A DNA stretch of 63,976 nt, filler included, from Blastocystis sp. subtype 4 (GCF_000743755.1; 6 parts of 6 records of this genome joined end to end with filler, not necessarily neighbours in it), one strand, 5' to 3'; counted from the first letter of the whole stretch, positions 12,409 through 24,988 are shown. Translations and numbers: made by a program. The notes: generated by a model from the sequence alone, not told the origin.

Positions 12409-13374
12409 ATGTTACCAAAGAGTATTAGTCGAGGACTTATAAAGAGATCATCTTCTATTATTCAGTTTAGTTGCACTTTTTCTAATCATGCTGTGTGTCT
12501 TCAAACCGAATACCCTGAATTATACAAGTTGGTACATCCATCCGATCAGACACGATATCGTGAACAAATGATGGATGTTACTACAACTGTTACTTGGAAG
12601 TGTCCGAATGGAGAAGACCACGAATGGGAAATGAGTATCAGCGAAGTAATTCATCTTTTCAATAGAAACAAGCGACATAGTAACTCTCGGATTGGACCCT
12701 AAGTTATAGCTGTCTGTCCCTTCTGTTTGGGAAGTCGTTTATGTGAATCAAAATCTCTGGATTATCGTGCTCCTGATTTGGCAAGGGAAATCGTTTCTAA
12801 TTCTGTGACTCCCAAACAGATCTCTTTTGGCTCAAGAAAAGAAATGATTTGGCGTTGCAGTCATGGCCATACTTTCACGCAGTCTGTGAATCGACGTACC
12901 GATCTTCACAGTCAATGTCCTTATTGTTCAGGAATCCGTGTAACACAGTCAAATTGTTTAGCAACTCGGTATCCAGAATTGGCCTTGGAAGTGGACGACT
13001 CTTCTGTGAAACCAAATGAGATCCTTCCAAACTCGAAGCGCCGTATTCAGTGGACTTGTCAACATGGACACAGTTGGGAGGCAAGTGTTAATAACCGGAT
13101 ACATGGATATAATATGTGTAAAGTATGCGGAACGATGAACTACGTATCGTTGGAAGCTGTTTGCCCCGATCTGCTTCCATTCTGGGACTATGACCATAAT
13201 CTGGAACAGTCTCCTAGAGCTGTCAGAATCAGTTCGTTATCTTATGTGTATTGGTTATGTTCAAAATGCCATTCATCATTCAAACGATCGGTTTCAGATG
13301 CATACAAACAGTATTTGGTGACTCAGGAATGCCAATGTGATTATTGTCGGTGTCGTTGTTTTCAACAAACATAG
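12409..13374 (+). CDS. Four-repeat zinc-ribbon protein (DUF4379-like) with mitochondrial-type presequence
   Basis: Repeats of PEL/PDL...WxCxxGH...CPxC; 30-nt intron ~12680-12709; N-terminus MLPKSISRGLIKRSSS. Confidence 0.78.
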
Positions 13375-13375
13375 A

Positions 13376-14068
13376 ACACTTTCTTCAGTTCTTGTTCTAT
13401 CCATTTAATACCTTCAGCAATCCCAATATTCTTAGTGGCAACTGTTTCAATCACTTGATATCGACGACCGTTGAGGAGTCTAGACTTGAACCCAGGTTAA
13501 TTAGATACGTGTTCACGTCCAAGATACTTTCTAGCTCCGTAGCATGAACACAGTTGGGAAGGTCCTGCTTGTTTGCAACAATCAACCAAATTGCCGTCTA
13601 TGATAAGATTCCTGTCTAAATCTAACATTTAGCTGATCATCGATAGCCATTCTGTGTAATTCTTCTTTAACTTGATCCAATCGAGCTCGGTCCGATGAAT
13701 CAACAACAAATATAACACACTAGTACTAATCGGTTAGAGGTACAGTTACATGAGTTCCTGTGTAATAATGACGCCACATGGATCGATACTTATCCTGTCC
13801 ACCAACATCCTATCGATAATCACTCCTCTCAGTATCTACCCATAGATCAAATGTATACTTCTTTGCTTTCACGGTTTCCACATTGAAGCCGATAGTAGGA
13901 AGTGTTTCTGAAGGGTCTTTTTTGCATAATGTATATAAGAAGGCTAGAAATAATCCACAAATCTGAGAATGAACAAGTCTTTCCTGCATTATCCAATCCA
14001 ACCAGAAGACATCTTCGTTCTTTTCGTTGCTTAAACGATAGCCATGCTCTGGAAAGAGAGGAACCCAT
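13376..14068 (-). CDS. ADP-ribosylation factor family small GTPase
   Basis: MGSSLS (Gly2), GLDNAGKT, PTIGFNVETV, WDVGGQ, NKQD over several short introns. Confidence 0.93.
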
Positions 14069-14198
14069 TCTAATATCCTTCTCTGATTTTGTTAATCTTG
14101 ATTTCCGAAAAACATAGGGTTTTTTTGATCCAGAAATCTGAACTATTTTTTGTCTCATTTTCATTCTTCAGATACAAGATAAAGAGCTGCTCTAACGG

Positions 14199-15925
14199 AT
14201 GCAATCCATAAAGGGAGTTTGGAAATGTGGATCCATGTCATCTGTAGAAGGTTGGAGTCCATTCCTTTGCCTTTGGAGATGTAATCGGCCAAGGTGCCTT
14301 TTCGAAGGTTCATTTCTATCCATTGATTAATGATTAGGTCTTGATGGCTAGAATGAAGGGTACAAGTGATTACTATGCTGTCAAAGTCTTGAGTAAAGCC
14401 TTTATCAAGAAAGTAGATACAGGATTCTGAGCTAATTCATAGGAGGGAAAAGAAGAGGCGGTAATGGCAGAGCGTGAAGCTCTGGTGAAAACGAATCATC
14501 CCTTTATTATCAAATTGCATTATTCTTTCCAGGTTGGTATTAGGTCATCCACTCATTTCTAGGATTCCCAATGTTTGTATTTTGTCATTTCTCTCTGTCG
14601 AGGAGGGAGTTTCTGGGACCTAATTAAGTAGATGTAGATCGGAGAATCCATTTTAGAGCATTACGATTGCCTGGACGTGGTTGTGATATTACTTTAGTTC
14701 ATTTCTATATGGCAGAAGTGATAATTATAAGTAGATCTAATTTTCAGATTATATCTGCTGTTGATTACCTTCATAATGTGGCTCATTTGATCCATCGGGA
14801 TCTGAAGCCAGAGAATATTCTCATCACGGATAGTGGCCACATTATGCTTTCAGATTTTGGAGCCATCACAACAAGTAACAACGATTACACGAAACGAAGA
14901 AATACTATGTGTGGAACCATTCTCTATTTGGCTCCAGAGGTCATATTCTGCATTAGCAATCATATGTAGTCTTTGCACGGAGGTGTCATTACTTCGGCTG
15001 TCGACATTTGGTCCATCGGTTGTATTCTGTATCTCCTGTACACAGGATGCTTTCTTTTTGAAGGAGAAGATGAGTAGAAGTTACAAATTGGATGAATTTC
15101 AGATTGAATGTAATTGATAGTATTGAGCATTTTTGTGTTGATATGCTTGAATTTCCTGATTATATTCCTATCGAAGCAGTTGTATGTTTAGTAATAGGAA
15201 GTAGTGAATAGGACTTGATTAAGCGCATGCTCCAATATGATCCTGCTAAACGCGCAACTGCTGCTGAAATCAAAGTAACTTTTAGATAATGCATTCAAAC
15301 ACAGAAACACCCGTTCTTTAAGAACATTGACTTCGATACACTTCATTCACAGAAACCTCCGTATATCCCTCCATTTGTACCTCTACCTGTTATTCTCGAT
15401 GATGTTGATTCAGATTAGAAGCGTAACAAATAGGAATTGGAAACTGAATTGAATGCCCTTCGTGGAAGTATTGATGAGTCATACAGAACTGCTCAAGAAG
15501 AAAAGAAGGAGGGTTCGGATGTAGTTTATCCCTAATCATTAGCAATTACGAAACTTCTTCAAGAAGGAGAAAGTTGTTTATTATCCAGTACAGTGATTCA
15601 TCGCAGTAGTGTTGCATCCAAAAAGCGTTTAGTACTCATTGCTAATGTGTATTGATGGTAGCTGGTCCTGACTTCAATGAGACGACTTCTGATTCTGGAT
15701 TCACAAGCAACAGTAATAAAAACAGAACTTGAACCAAGTCAGTTAGCAAAGGTGTTTATCAATCCTCATGGTTTTCATCTGGCTGTGAATTATGTGGAAT
15801 TAGGATTAGTTCCTTATGTATAGCCGAGTAAAAAGGTGTACAAGTTTGAAACTCCAAACAAGGATCAATCTGTTTGGTGTAATTGTGTTGAACACTTAAT
15901 TAAGCAACAAACAGGATTCATTTAG
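14199..15925 (+). CDS. PDK1-like AGC Ser/Thr kinase with C-terminal PH-like domain
   Basis: [67 protein letters not shown], and a PH-like tail ([16 protein letters not shown]). Confidence 0.85.
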
Positions 15926-15989
15926 TTGATAGCTTAGCCTTCATTGGGTGTTTGTAAACAAGATGTAAAGTAAAGATCTTGAATAGCGT

Positions 15990-16458
15990 TTATTCGGATT
16001 CAGTCTCGACTTTAGCAACATTAGCACTATCTGTTAGTCCATCCATCAAGTATTACTTTCCATTCACCACACGAATCGAAAGCTCATTAGCACGTTTCAG
16101 AATCTCAGTTCTCTTCTTAGCAGAAACGTTATGAGCAATCTGAGCACAATAGGTGGTATTATGCATCATCAGAAGCTCCAGATCCTTTACGTTGTTCACA
16201 ATGAACTTGTAGAGACCGTTAGGGAGCATGTGCTTAGTGGCAGCATTGGAACCATAGCCAATGTTGGGCATCAGAGTGGCACCTCGGAAGCGACGTCTGC
16301 AACGTCCATCAATACCCTTAGGCTTTCTCCAGTGTTGCTATGAAACATAACCAGCCAGGATGAAACCTTACGTTCATTCTTTTGAACTTATCAGCTTGAA
16401 AACGAGGAAAGGAGGTCAATTTCTTCTTTACAATCTTCACTTTGCGAACAGGACTCAT
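15990..16458 (-). CDS. RPL32: 60S ribosomal protein L32 (eL32)
   Basis: [50 protein letters not shown]. Confidence 0.97.
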
Positions 16459-16638
16459 TGCTACAATACGTTAGTTTCCCAGAATTAGCTGCTAGACTCT
16501 TCCGTTATTTCCCTACTTTACTGTTTCTATCAATTTACCTCAAAGAAGTGTAGTTTCTGAATGTATATATGCATCCGCGGTTCTGTACCGATTCTGACGA
16601 AATACTTTTTATCCAGTTTTTGTTCCGAACAAACAACG

Positions 16639-18062
16639 CTAGCACTGACTGTGATGTTCTTCTCGTTTGATTCTATATGCTTCACGTTTCTGACGTCGTT
16701 CCTGGCGTCGTCGTTCTCGTTCTCTCTTGCGCTCTAAAAGAGCAATAGCACGTTTTGCCTCTGTTTCAGCTCTTGTTTCTTCTCTTGCCTTTCTCCTCTG
16801 TTCACTTCGTTCTATCGATCAACACCAAACCCCACACAAACCATTGGCCCGTTGGAAGATCTCCAAATATCGAGTAATCTCATCTCGTAGCTGAGCAATT
16901 TCTGCATCGAGGACTTGAATTTGTTTAACCGACTCTTCAGCTTCTTTTCCAACTTCCCGAAGACACTGACTCTTATTTTGTTGTAACTCCTTAAACCGCT
17001 GAAGTCTTCGCTTCATTTCCTTTGCCTCCTCGCTCTGTTCAGTTTCTCGTTGATCAATTGAAGACTGGAGACTATCAATAACATTGTTCAGTTCTCTGTC
17101 TTCTTCTTCTGATTCACTCTCCGATTCATCCCCCGGAATTGGTGCGACTGGATGTGGTTGAGGAGGAATGGTAACAGAAGGAGTTGGTTGTGGAGGGCTG
17201 ACCATAGAGGGAGCTGATTGTGGATGAGTAGGTACAGAAGAAGCTGATAATGTCGCTGCACGGAGCGATGATGAAGTTGATGACCCTCCTGGGAGACTAA
17301 GGAGAGAATCGGTACTACAATTCATGAAACCAGGAAGAACAGTAGACTGGGTGAGACTACGACGATCTTGAAGGTACTTCCGCTGCTGCTCTTTTTCAGC
17401 ACGTTGCTGTTGTTCTCGAATAAGACGTTCCTTCTCCACCTCCTCTTGCTGTTGACGAATCTGCTCCATCGCTTCGCGTTCCCTCTTCCGTTGTTCCTCT
17501 TCCCAACTGTTTGGAATCTGTGGAAACAGACCTCCATTTGATGGAGCTTGTCTTTCGAATGTAGTTTGACTGAGCGCTTGTTGGAGTGAGGACATTGGAT
17601 TGTGGTAGGTAGATTGACTGAGTACTTGTTGAGGTGATGTTTGAAAAGACTGCTGGTTCGTTGTTTGTTGAGGAGGAACATTTGTTGAAGGGATGAGAGG
17701 AGGACTAGTTATGAAGAGAAACCAACAAAATTACAATTTGCTATGTTCCATAGAACGCATATGAACTGAAGGGGGAGGAGAAGAAAAACCATACTTGGAA
17801 GCATTCGCCAACGGTGGAAACTTCGATCCTTGTACCCCACTTGAACTAGAAGAAATACCATTTGAAAATGTAGAATACTAAACATGATCTCATTCTGTCC
17901 ATACTTACAAGATTGGGAGATGAAGTTGCTGGTTTTGCTCCTGGCTCTAGCTAGAAAGATGAATGACAGGAAAATACACTTACAGGAGGAAACAAACTTG
18001 GACTCTACAAATAACAATAATAAACGCATCACTACGTTGTTATATGATCCTCTGTTAATCAT
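16639..18062 (-). CDS. Unknown low-complexity / coiled-coil protein
   Basis: Spliced MINRGSYNN|SPSLFPP|LEPGAKP..., E/Q/R-rich coiled coils, ends ...REEHHSQC*; TGTTTGTT at 16635-16628. Confidence 0.65.
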
Positions 18063-18201
18063 AATTCATTAAAACCAATAAACTGAAGAAAGGAATGAAC
18101 TATCAAACTGACTCCTTATTAAAAACATTGATGTTATTTATGCAGGAGTGAAAGAGTTGAAAGTAACTCAATTCAATTCGGATTCAGTTTTCATAATCGA
18201 A

Positions 18202-19006
18202 ATGGTACCTTTACTCTTTAAACGTCATTTACATAGTCTTTCTTCGTTCATTTCCTTGTTGAATTTGTTTTTTCGTTCGTTATGTCTATTCCTGTAATGG
18301 GACCGATTAGTTCATTAGTTCTTAGAGTAGTCTTTCTTTTGAAGTTTTAATGATAGGAATCATTCTCTGGGAGGTACAACTATGCCATTAACCTAGCAGT
18401 AGGCGCTTCTTGTGCAGAAGGTATTTATGCCTTTTCTGCATATGTTATCTTCTTTAAATTAGTGGGAGATAGCAAAATCCTTGATTATATCATGCCTATA
18501 CTCAAGTACTTCATGTATTCTTCGTTTATTGTAGATTTCTAGCAGCCGTTATTATCATGAACGTGGGACGTAATTTTACAGAAATGACAGTAAGTACCTT
18601 CGAGCCCTCCAATGAATCGACAGTTGGGATGGTATCAATAGTGATATTACTAACATGTAGACAATCAAAAGTAGCATTCTAAAAGGATTCAACGCTTCTA
18701 TTGTGAATGTCGCTTTAGTTGCAAATCATATTGCATTGCTCACTGCAAGTGTGTACAAGTACCCCTTTTCACAATTTAGTTATGCCATACCATATTATTG
18801 AGTATAAGAAGCGTTATTCTCTTATCTGGGGCTTAGGAGCCACCTGCGGCATGGCTTCATGGTTTTATATTCTTGTACATGTGATTAAGGCATATCAAAA
18901 AACAATTAAGATCAGTTCTGTTGTCTGGGTCCTGAATAATCTTGGTTCTGTCCTGATTCTTATTGGTATTTTTTCTTTGTTTACCATTTTCTGGAATCTT
19001 GTGTGA
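18202..19006 (+). CDS. LysE/RhtB-family amino-acid exporter-like membrane protein
   Basis: Spliced M|SFFVHFLVEFVFSFVMSIPVMGPISSLVLR|ESFSGRYNYAINLAVGASCAEGIYA..., KGFNASIVN, GLGATCGMASWFYIL; about six TMs. Confidence 0.72.
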
Positions 19007-19036
19007 TCTTGTGTCATTGTTTGTTTGCAATATTCA

Positions 19037-20766
19037 ATGCATCGATGTAAAATATGTGGAAAGTCATCTACATTCGTTTGTTCTGTTTGCAAAGTTGTTT
19101 CTTACTGCTCCAAAGAATGTCAGAAACGAGACTGGAAATATCATAAACTGATTTGTGGAAAGATTCAAAGTGATTACACAAGCCGAAGATACGTATACAA
19201 ATGGGAGTATGGATCATACTGTAGGTTGAAAACACCGAGTCTATTGGTGTGAAATCTTATTTCCAAGATGTATTTATTCCTATTGGGTGTTATTTCTAGG
19301 ACAATGATATATCGCTCTCAATTCCAATCCCAATTAGTTCCCAATCAAGCAATATTCATGTAACATTCACTTGTAAATGCGTTGATATTGTTATTGATAA
19401 TACAAGTCTTTCATATTCTGTATGAATGAGACAGCCCAATAACAAGTAGTATACACTCTATGGTTTTATCAAACCAAATGAATGTTCATGGATTATAGAT
19501 TCAAATGGAGAGTTGATTATCCTCCTCCACAAACGATTTCCAGAGATCTGGCCTAGTCTTTGTGAAACGGAAGTAGCCTCCTCTTCTGTAGTTCAACAGG
19601 TGCATCGCGATTGGATCGTTCAGTTCAATCCTGCAACAAATCGGGCCCATCTCCTTCTCACGAAGAGTCCTGAAGTGGCAATATCTTCTGTTGATATTCA
19701 AGGAAATGCGGTTGGTAATACAGTACCATCAACAAATGTTAATATCAGGTGGAATGAAGGAGAAACAACATTCTCTCAGAATATCAATATTCTAGCATCA
19801 TTGAATGTATCTGTTGGGAACTGCTATAGCGAAGTATATTTGTTGAGTGTATATGAGTATAGAAAGAATGTTTTGTCGTGGATATCAATGTTCGTCTTTT
19901 TTGTAATCTGATTCAGGATCACATTGATCAATTGAGTCTTCTTCTTGTAGATTTTTTCTCTTTTCTTGATTGTAGAATCGTGAATGTGAGGAGTTACGTG
20001 ATTCCATGAATTCATTTTGTTGCTCAAGATGTCATCAGTCAATTCTATCCGAAAAGGGAATTAAAAGAGTTGTTAGGGCTCCATCCTCTTCTTGGAGTGA
20101 TATGTGTGAAATGATGTTCTGTGACCATGGAGGCAATGTTCATTTAAACCCTAGCATTGTCTTCATTGTAGAGGAGAATAATGACTAGTCAAAAACTGGG
20201 ATTCTGCGATCAGAAGGAATTGGATTTCTGCGTCTTGTTTCGTTATTATTTCATCCAGATGACATCGCAACGACAGTATCTCTTAAGGATTCCATTCTCA
20301 TCTGTTCTCTTTGTGGAAATCGTCTTGGTCGCTCCCTAAACGATTGTCAAGAGGGGAAGATTATTCCTAATTTCGCTTATGAAGTATTCAAAGACAAATT
20401 GAGTATCAATCATCATCCCTTATATTCTCCTCTTCGAAGATTTTTATTCACTCTTCTTGATATCTATCTTTCAAAGTATTGTCTGTGGCTGAAGTTAATA
20501 CTAGATCTATTCTTCGTTTCAATTTAACAAGTCGAACGAAGAATCTTGTGATAGTACTGGTATCTCCTATTGCTTATATCCAAATTTCCAATTCTGTATA
20601 CCAGGCTATTCAGTTTACGATTGACAAGAAGGAACAACCAAAGGACCAGATTCTAGAGTGTGATGTCTTGGATATCCTTCAGGTTACCAAAGCAATAAAG
20701 GAAGCATCAACAAGTAACACTGAACTCATCACTTTTAATCATTCTATGTACTATTATGCTATTTAG
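19037..20766 (+). CDS. MYND zinc finger - CS(p23/NudC) - UBE3D(HECT_2)-like multidomain protein
   Basis: CKICGK..CSVCKVVSYCSKECQKRDWKYHKLIC; YFQDDNDISLSIPI..LYGFIKPNECSWII..LHK..IWPSL; CSRCHQ..APSSSWSDMCEMMFCDH..CSLC. Parts join in frame via 27-32-nt introns; TGTTTGTT at 20794. Confidence 0.7.
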
Positions 20767-20878
20767 ATATTTGTTATCTGATGTGATTCTGAGTGTTTGT
20801 TAAGAAACATGAATATTAATGCTTTAAACGGAATACAGAATCGACAGCAGTCATCGATCCATCATGAGACTGAATGAG

Positions 20879-20978
20879 NNNNNNNNNNNNNNNNNNNNNN
20901 NNNNNNNNNNNNNNNNNNNNNNTTAATTAATTAANNNNNNNNNNNNNNNNNNNNNNNNNNNNNNNNNNNNNNNNNNNN
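20879..20978. other. Assembly gap with linker
   Basis: N44-ttaattaattaa-N44. Confidence 0.98.
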
Positions 20979-21083
20979 ATGGATGTGGGAGAAGGAGGTT
21001 CCTTCCTTCTCCTTGCTGTGGTTGTAATTGCTGTCTTCATCTATCTCGAGAGAGAACAGCTTCGTCTTGCTTTTAAGGTTTGA
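20979..21083 (+). CDS. 3' fragment of gene with C-terminal TM helix
   Basis: MDVGEGGSFLLLAVVVIAVFIYLEREQLRLAFKV* then TGTTTGTT at 21100. Confidence 0.5.
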   Translation: MDVGEGGSFLLLAVVVIAVFIYLEREQLRLAFKV

Positions 21084-21291
21084 TTGGTTGGGTTTCGTGT
21101 GTTTGTTTAAATGACACAACATGAAAGATTCTTTCTTAATGATATAAGAAACACATCAGAAATCAAGATCAATTCCATATTGTTGAAGCAAATCCAATAA
21201 TTGGGCTACCACAAAAAGATACTGACTCCCAATAACCGCATTCCTACCTTTACTTAAGTCTGAATATAGTATTGACTCATTTTTTAAAACT

Positions 21292-23086
21292 ATGTTACCA
21301 ATCTGTGGTATAGATTTTGGTACTTGCTTCTCTTGTGTATACGTTTTCAAGGATAACCATTTTGTTCCTGTTCCTAGTGAAACGGGAGAAAATACCTATC
21401 CCACATATTATTCGATTCACGATGGTTATGAGTACTTTGGTGAAGCAGCAAAACGAAGTGCTTCTCGTTTTCCAGAGTGTACAGTGTTCGACATTAAACG
21501 TATTCTTGGTCTGACGTATAAAGAAGTTGTTGAAGTCATTGAACGGACTCAATATGGTTTTTCTATTCTAATTGACCAAAATGAAAGGCCTTATATTTAT
21601 CTTCAGGAGCCAAATGGAACGCAGCACTGTTTCTATCCCGAATATTTTGTAACGAAGTTCATTAGTTATCTTGTTGGTCGTGCTTCCTCGTTTATCGGTG
21701 AAGATGTCAGAGAATGTGTTATCACCGTTCCTGCATACTTCACCCTGAACCAGAAGAACGCCATTTTATGGGGAGCTTCTCAAGCCTGTGTTCATGTTCA
21801 GGAAACGTTCCCCGAACCTTGTGCAGCTGCTCTCGCTTATCAAGTTGTCGCTGTAAATGGTATTTGTCATGTTGTTATCTTCGATCTTGGTGGAGGTACC
21901 TTTGATACCACTCTTATGCGAATTGTTCAAGATAATATCCAGGTGTTAATGAGTGATGGTGATCCATTCTTGGGTGGACAAGATTTTGATAATCATATGA
22001 TGCTAATTCTTATGCAAGTTTTGGTTGAGAACAATGTGGATGTTCGGGTACTCTCTCTTATGCAGCTTCAAGAATTACGTGCAGAAGCTGAACGCATTAA
22101 GAAGGAATTGTCTGTAGTCTGCGATGTGGATTTTGATATGACGAGATTCAACTATCATCCGGTTGATGAAGATGATGATGGAGAGGTGGTTATCACTCGT
22201 GATATTTTCGAAGCTCATATCAAGAACGATGTGTACCGGGCAGTTTGTATTGTTAGTCGTTGTTTAAAACGTGCAAATCTCACTCTTTCTGAAGGAGACA
22301 GTATTCTCTTAGTAGGTGGTTCTTCTCGTATTCCTCTCGTTCAAAAGATGCTAGAAAGTTGTTTCCCAGGTGTTAATATTCGGTTTAATGGGAATCCAGA
22401 TGAAATTGTGGCAAATGGAGCATGTGCACTATCACGCAAGACATATTGTGAGAGTCATAATATCGGTTTAGATGACCATACTCCCACAGTCCACACAATT
22501 GTTATTCGAAAGGTGGAAGTTCAGTTTGATGATGATGCTCCTACAACAATCCTTCCTGTGGGAACTCTTACTAGTGTATGGAAGCAATGTGCTGTGAAGC
22601 CATCCTTCTCTAATGCGTTCAGGCGTAAGGATGTGAAGATTCGGGTCTTGGAAGTGGATGAACAAGGGAATAAGAAGGTGATTGGAGCTGTGAGTGTGAA
22701 GGCTCACATAGGAAGGAAAGTGTTTATTGAGATGATGGTGGATAAGTTAGGCCGACTCGCTTATAAATATGGAGTTGAAGGATATCCTGAAGATGATAAG
22801 GCTGGCTTGATTCCTTTCCAGGCTGAGATGACAAAAGAAAAGGCAAAGCTAGTGAATCATTCCATGTCCCAAAGTGATCTAGTTGCGATGAAGGCTCAAA
22901 AGACTCTCAAGCAGTATATTTTATATGTCGAAACAAAGGCAGGACATCCTCACTATACAAAGACGAAAGAGTACTTGAATCAGGTTCTGATTTGGTTACA
23001 GCGCTGTATAGGTACGAATGCAGATATTAATGTTATAAACTCTACAGTTACGAATACTTATAATTGGTTGAACCAATGTTTTGCCT
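21292..23086 (+). CDS. Divergent intronless Hsp70-family protein with atypical C-terminal half
   Basis: [53 protein letters not shown] runs to 23100 but probably ends at 23086 via poly(A). Confidence 0.92.
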
Positions 23087-23146
23087 TGCATGTTTGTTAG
23101 TCATTTTTTTCGTAGAACCGATTGGTTCTTTCTCTGAATAATCCTA

Positions 23147-24249
23147 ATGCTTATATTTCGAGAGATTTGGCTGTTTCTGTATCATTTAGTCATTTGGATC
23201 CTATGTCTTGTGTCGTATGTATTCTTCTTGACGTTATCTTGCGTGTCTTTTTTAATTTACCGCTTATGGAGAGTTATCAAGGGATTGTGGAAAGTGAAAA
23301 TGCCGTATTCATCAAGTGTGGTAATCTCTGGAGCAGGAAGTGGAATGGGGCAAATGATTGCAGTGGACTACGCAAAGAATGTATTTTGTAACAAGAGGGA
23401 ATGAATATCTAGAACAGTGCCTTGTTGCTTCTGGATGTTAACGAAGAAGGACTTCATAAAACTCGCCAGTTATGTCTGGATGCAGGAGCATCTGTTGTGC
23501 GTACAGAAATTGTAGATGTAACAGAAGCAACTGCAGTGAAAAGGATCCTTGAGACTTATGATGATACCTACCCTGTGGATGCTGTCTATCCTTGTGCTGC
23601 TGTTATTGACACACCACGAAGACCACTACCTGATACTGTTCATGTAAGATTACTCATGTTCATTGTCTATAGGGTTTCTCCAAATTATTCTCCGTAAATG
23701 TGATTGGAGTCTTCAATATTATTCAACCCATTATGGAACGGATGCAAGTAGGTGTATGTAGTGATTCCAATGTAGACACGCCATTTTGGGAAGATTTGTT
23801 TATTTTCATCTATTCTAGGATTCAGTGGTTCCCTAATTACTCCTAACTATACAATATCGAAGAATTGCATGCGAGCCATAGCCGAGTCTCTTCGTTATCC
23901 TCTTCAACAACATGGTATTTCAGTATCGTATGTTTGCCCTGGAGGTGTGAAAACGGGAATGACAAGTGTGTTACCAAAATGGCTGACTTGGATATTCTTA
24001 TCTGCGGAAAGGGCTGCAAATACTATTGTGAGTGGATGTGAATCGGGTGATTTCCTCATCGTTTTCCCATTTTCCTTCTACAGTCTCCTCTATGGCTATT
24101 TATCTCTCCCGTTATTTTTGAGAGAGCCATTAGAGTCTTTTCTTGATATTGTCTATCGTGGTATCTTTAATTACCCTTTTTTCTTGGATACACGATGGAA
24201 TTTCGATTCACATGATCATTCTCACTTCTCAGATTCCGTTGTGTTCTAG
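23147..24249 (+). CDS. Short-chain dehydrogenase/reductase with N-terminal TM
   Basis: VVISGAGSGMG, LLDVNEEGL, YTISK (YxxxK), VCPGGVKTGM. Confidence 0.88.
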
Positions 24250-24295
24250 CAGTTTTCAAGAATAAACTCCAGCATTCGATTCATATTTTCTAGGG

Positions 24296-24927
24296 ATGCC
24301 TGTACGTATAAGTCCAGCTTGTTTACCATTTGTTATATTATTTAAGCTGTTTTGGTTAATCTCCTTGTAGATTCACTATTATCACGTTGTTGGTCGTCGT
24401 CTTCCAACTGAGAATGATCCTGAGCCTGAGATTTACAGAATGAGATTGTTTGCTCCTAATCCTGTGACTGCAAAGTCTCGTTACTGGTATTTCATGCACA
24501 GACTTGAGAAAATGAAGAGTGGAACTGGTGAGATTCTGGCTGTGAATGAAGTGAGTGGTTTGTGTTGAGTTTGAGTTGTGTGTAGATTCACGAGAAGGGA
24601 GTCGAAGTGAAGAACTATGGGATCTGGCTACGTTACAATTCTCGTTCTGGAACTCATAACATGTATAAGGAGTATCGTGATACGACTCTGTTGGGTGCTG
24701 TGAAGCAGTGTTATCAGGAGATGGCTGGAACTCATCGTGCTCGTGATCGTTCTATCCAAATCATCAAGACTGCTGTGGTTGATAATGAAGAGTTGAGAAG
24801 ACATCAGAATGTGATGTACACTCACGAGAATCTGAAGTTCGCTCTTCCTCATCGTCAGTATCGTGCTGAGTCGAAGAAGTTCAAGTCAACGTTCCTGGCT
24901 AAGAAACCTTGCACTTTCCGTGGATAA
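24296..24927 (+). CDS. RPL18A: 60S ribosomal protein L18a (eL20)
   Basis: [59 protein letters not shown]. Confidence 0.97.
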
Positions 24928-24988
24928 GGAGGCATTGAAACTGTTGTGGTTTACATTTTTAGGGTTCGAGTGTTTACTGAAACATGCA

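Noticed and set aside
17898..17910. ATACTTAC resembling the U1 snRNA 5' end
   Set aside because: Reverse complement of a GTAAGTAT donor in the minus-strand gene; no U1 structure follows.
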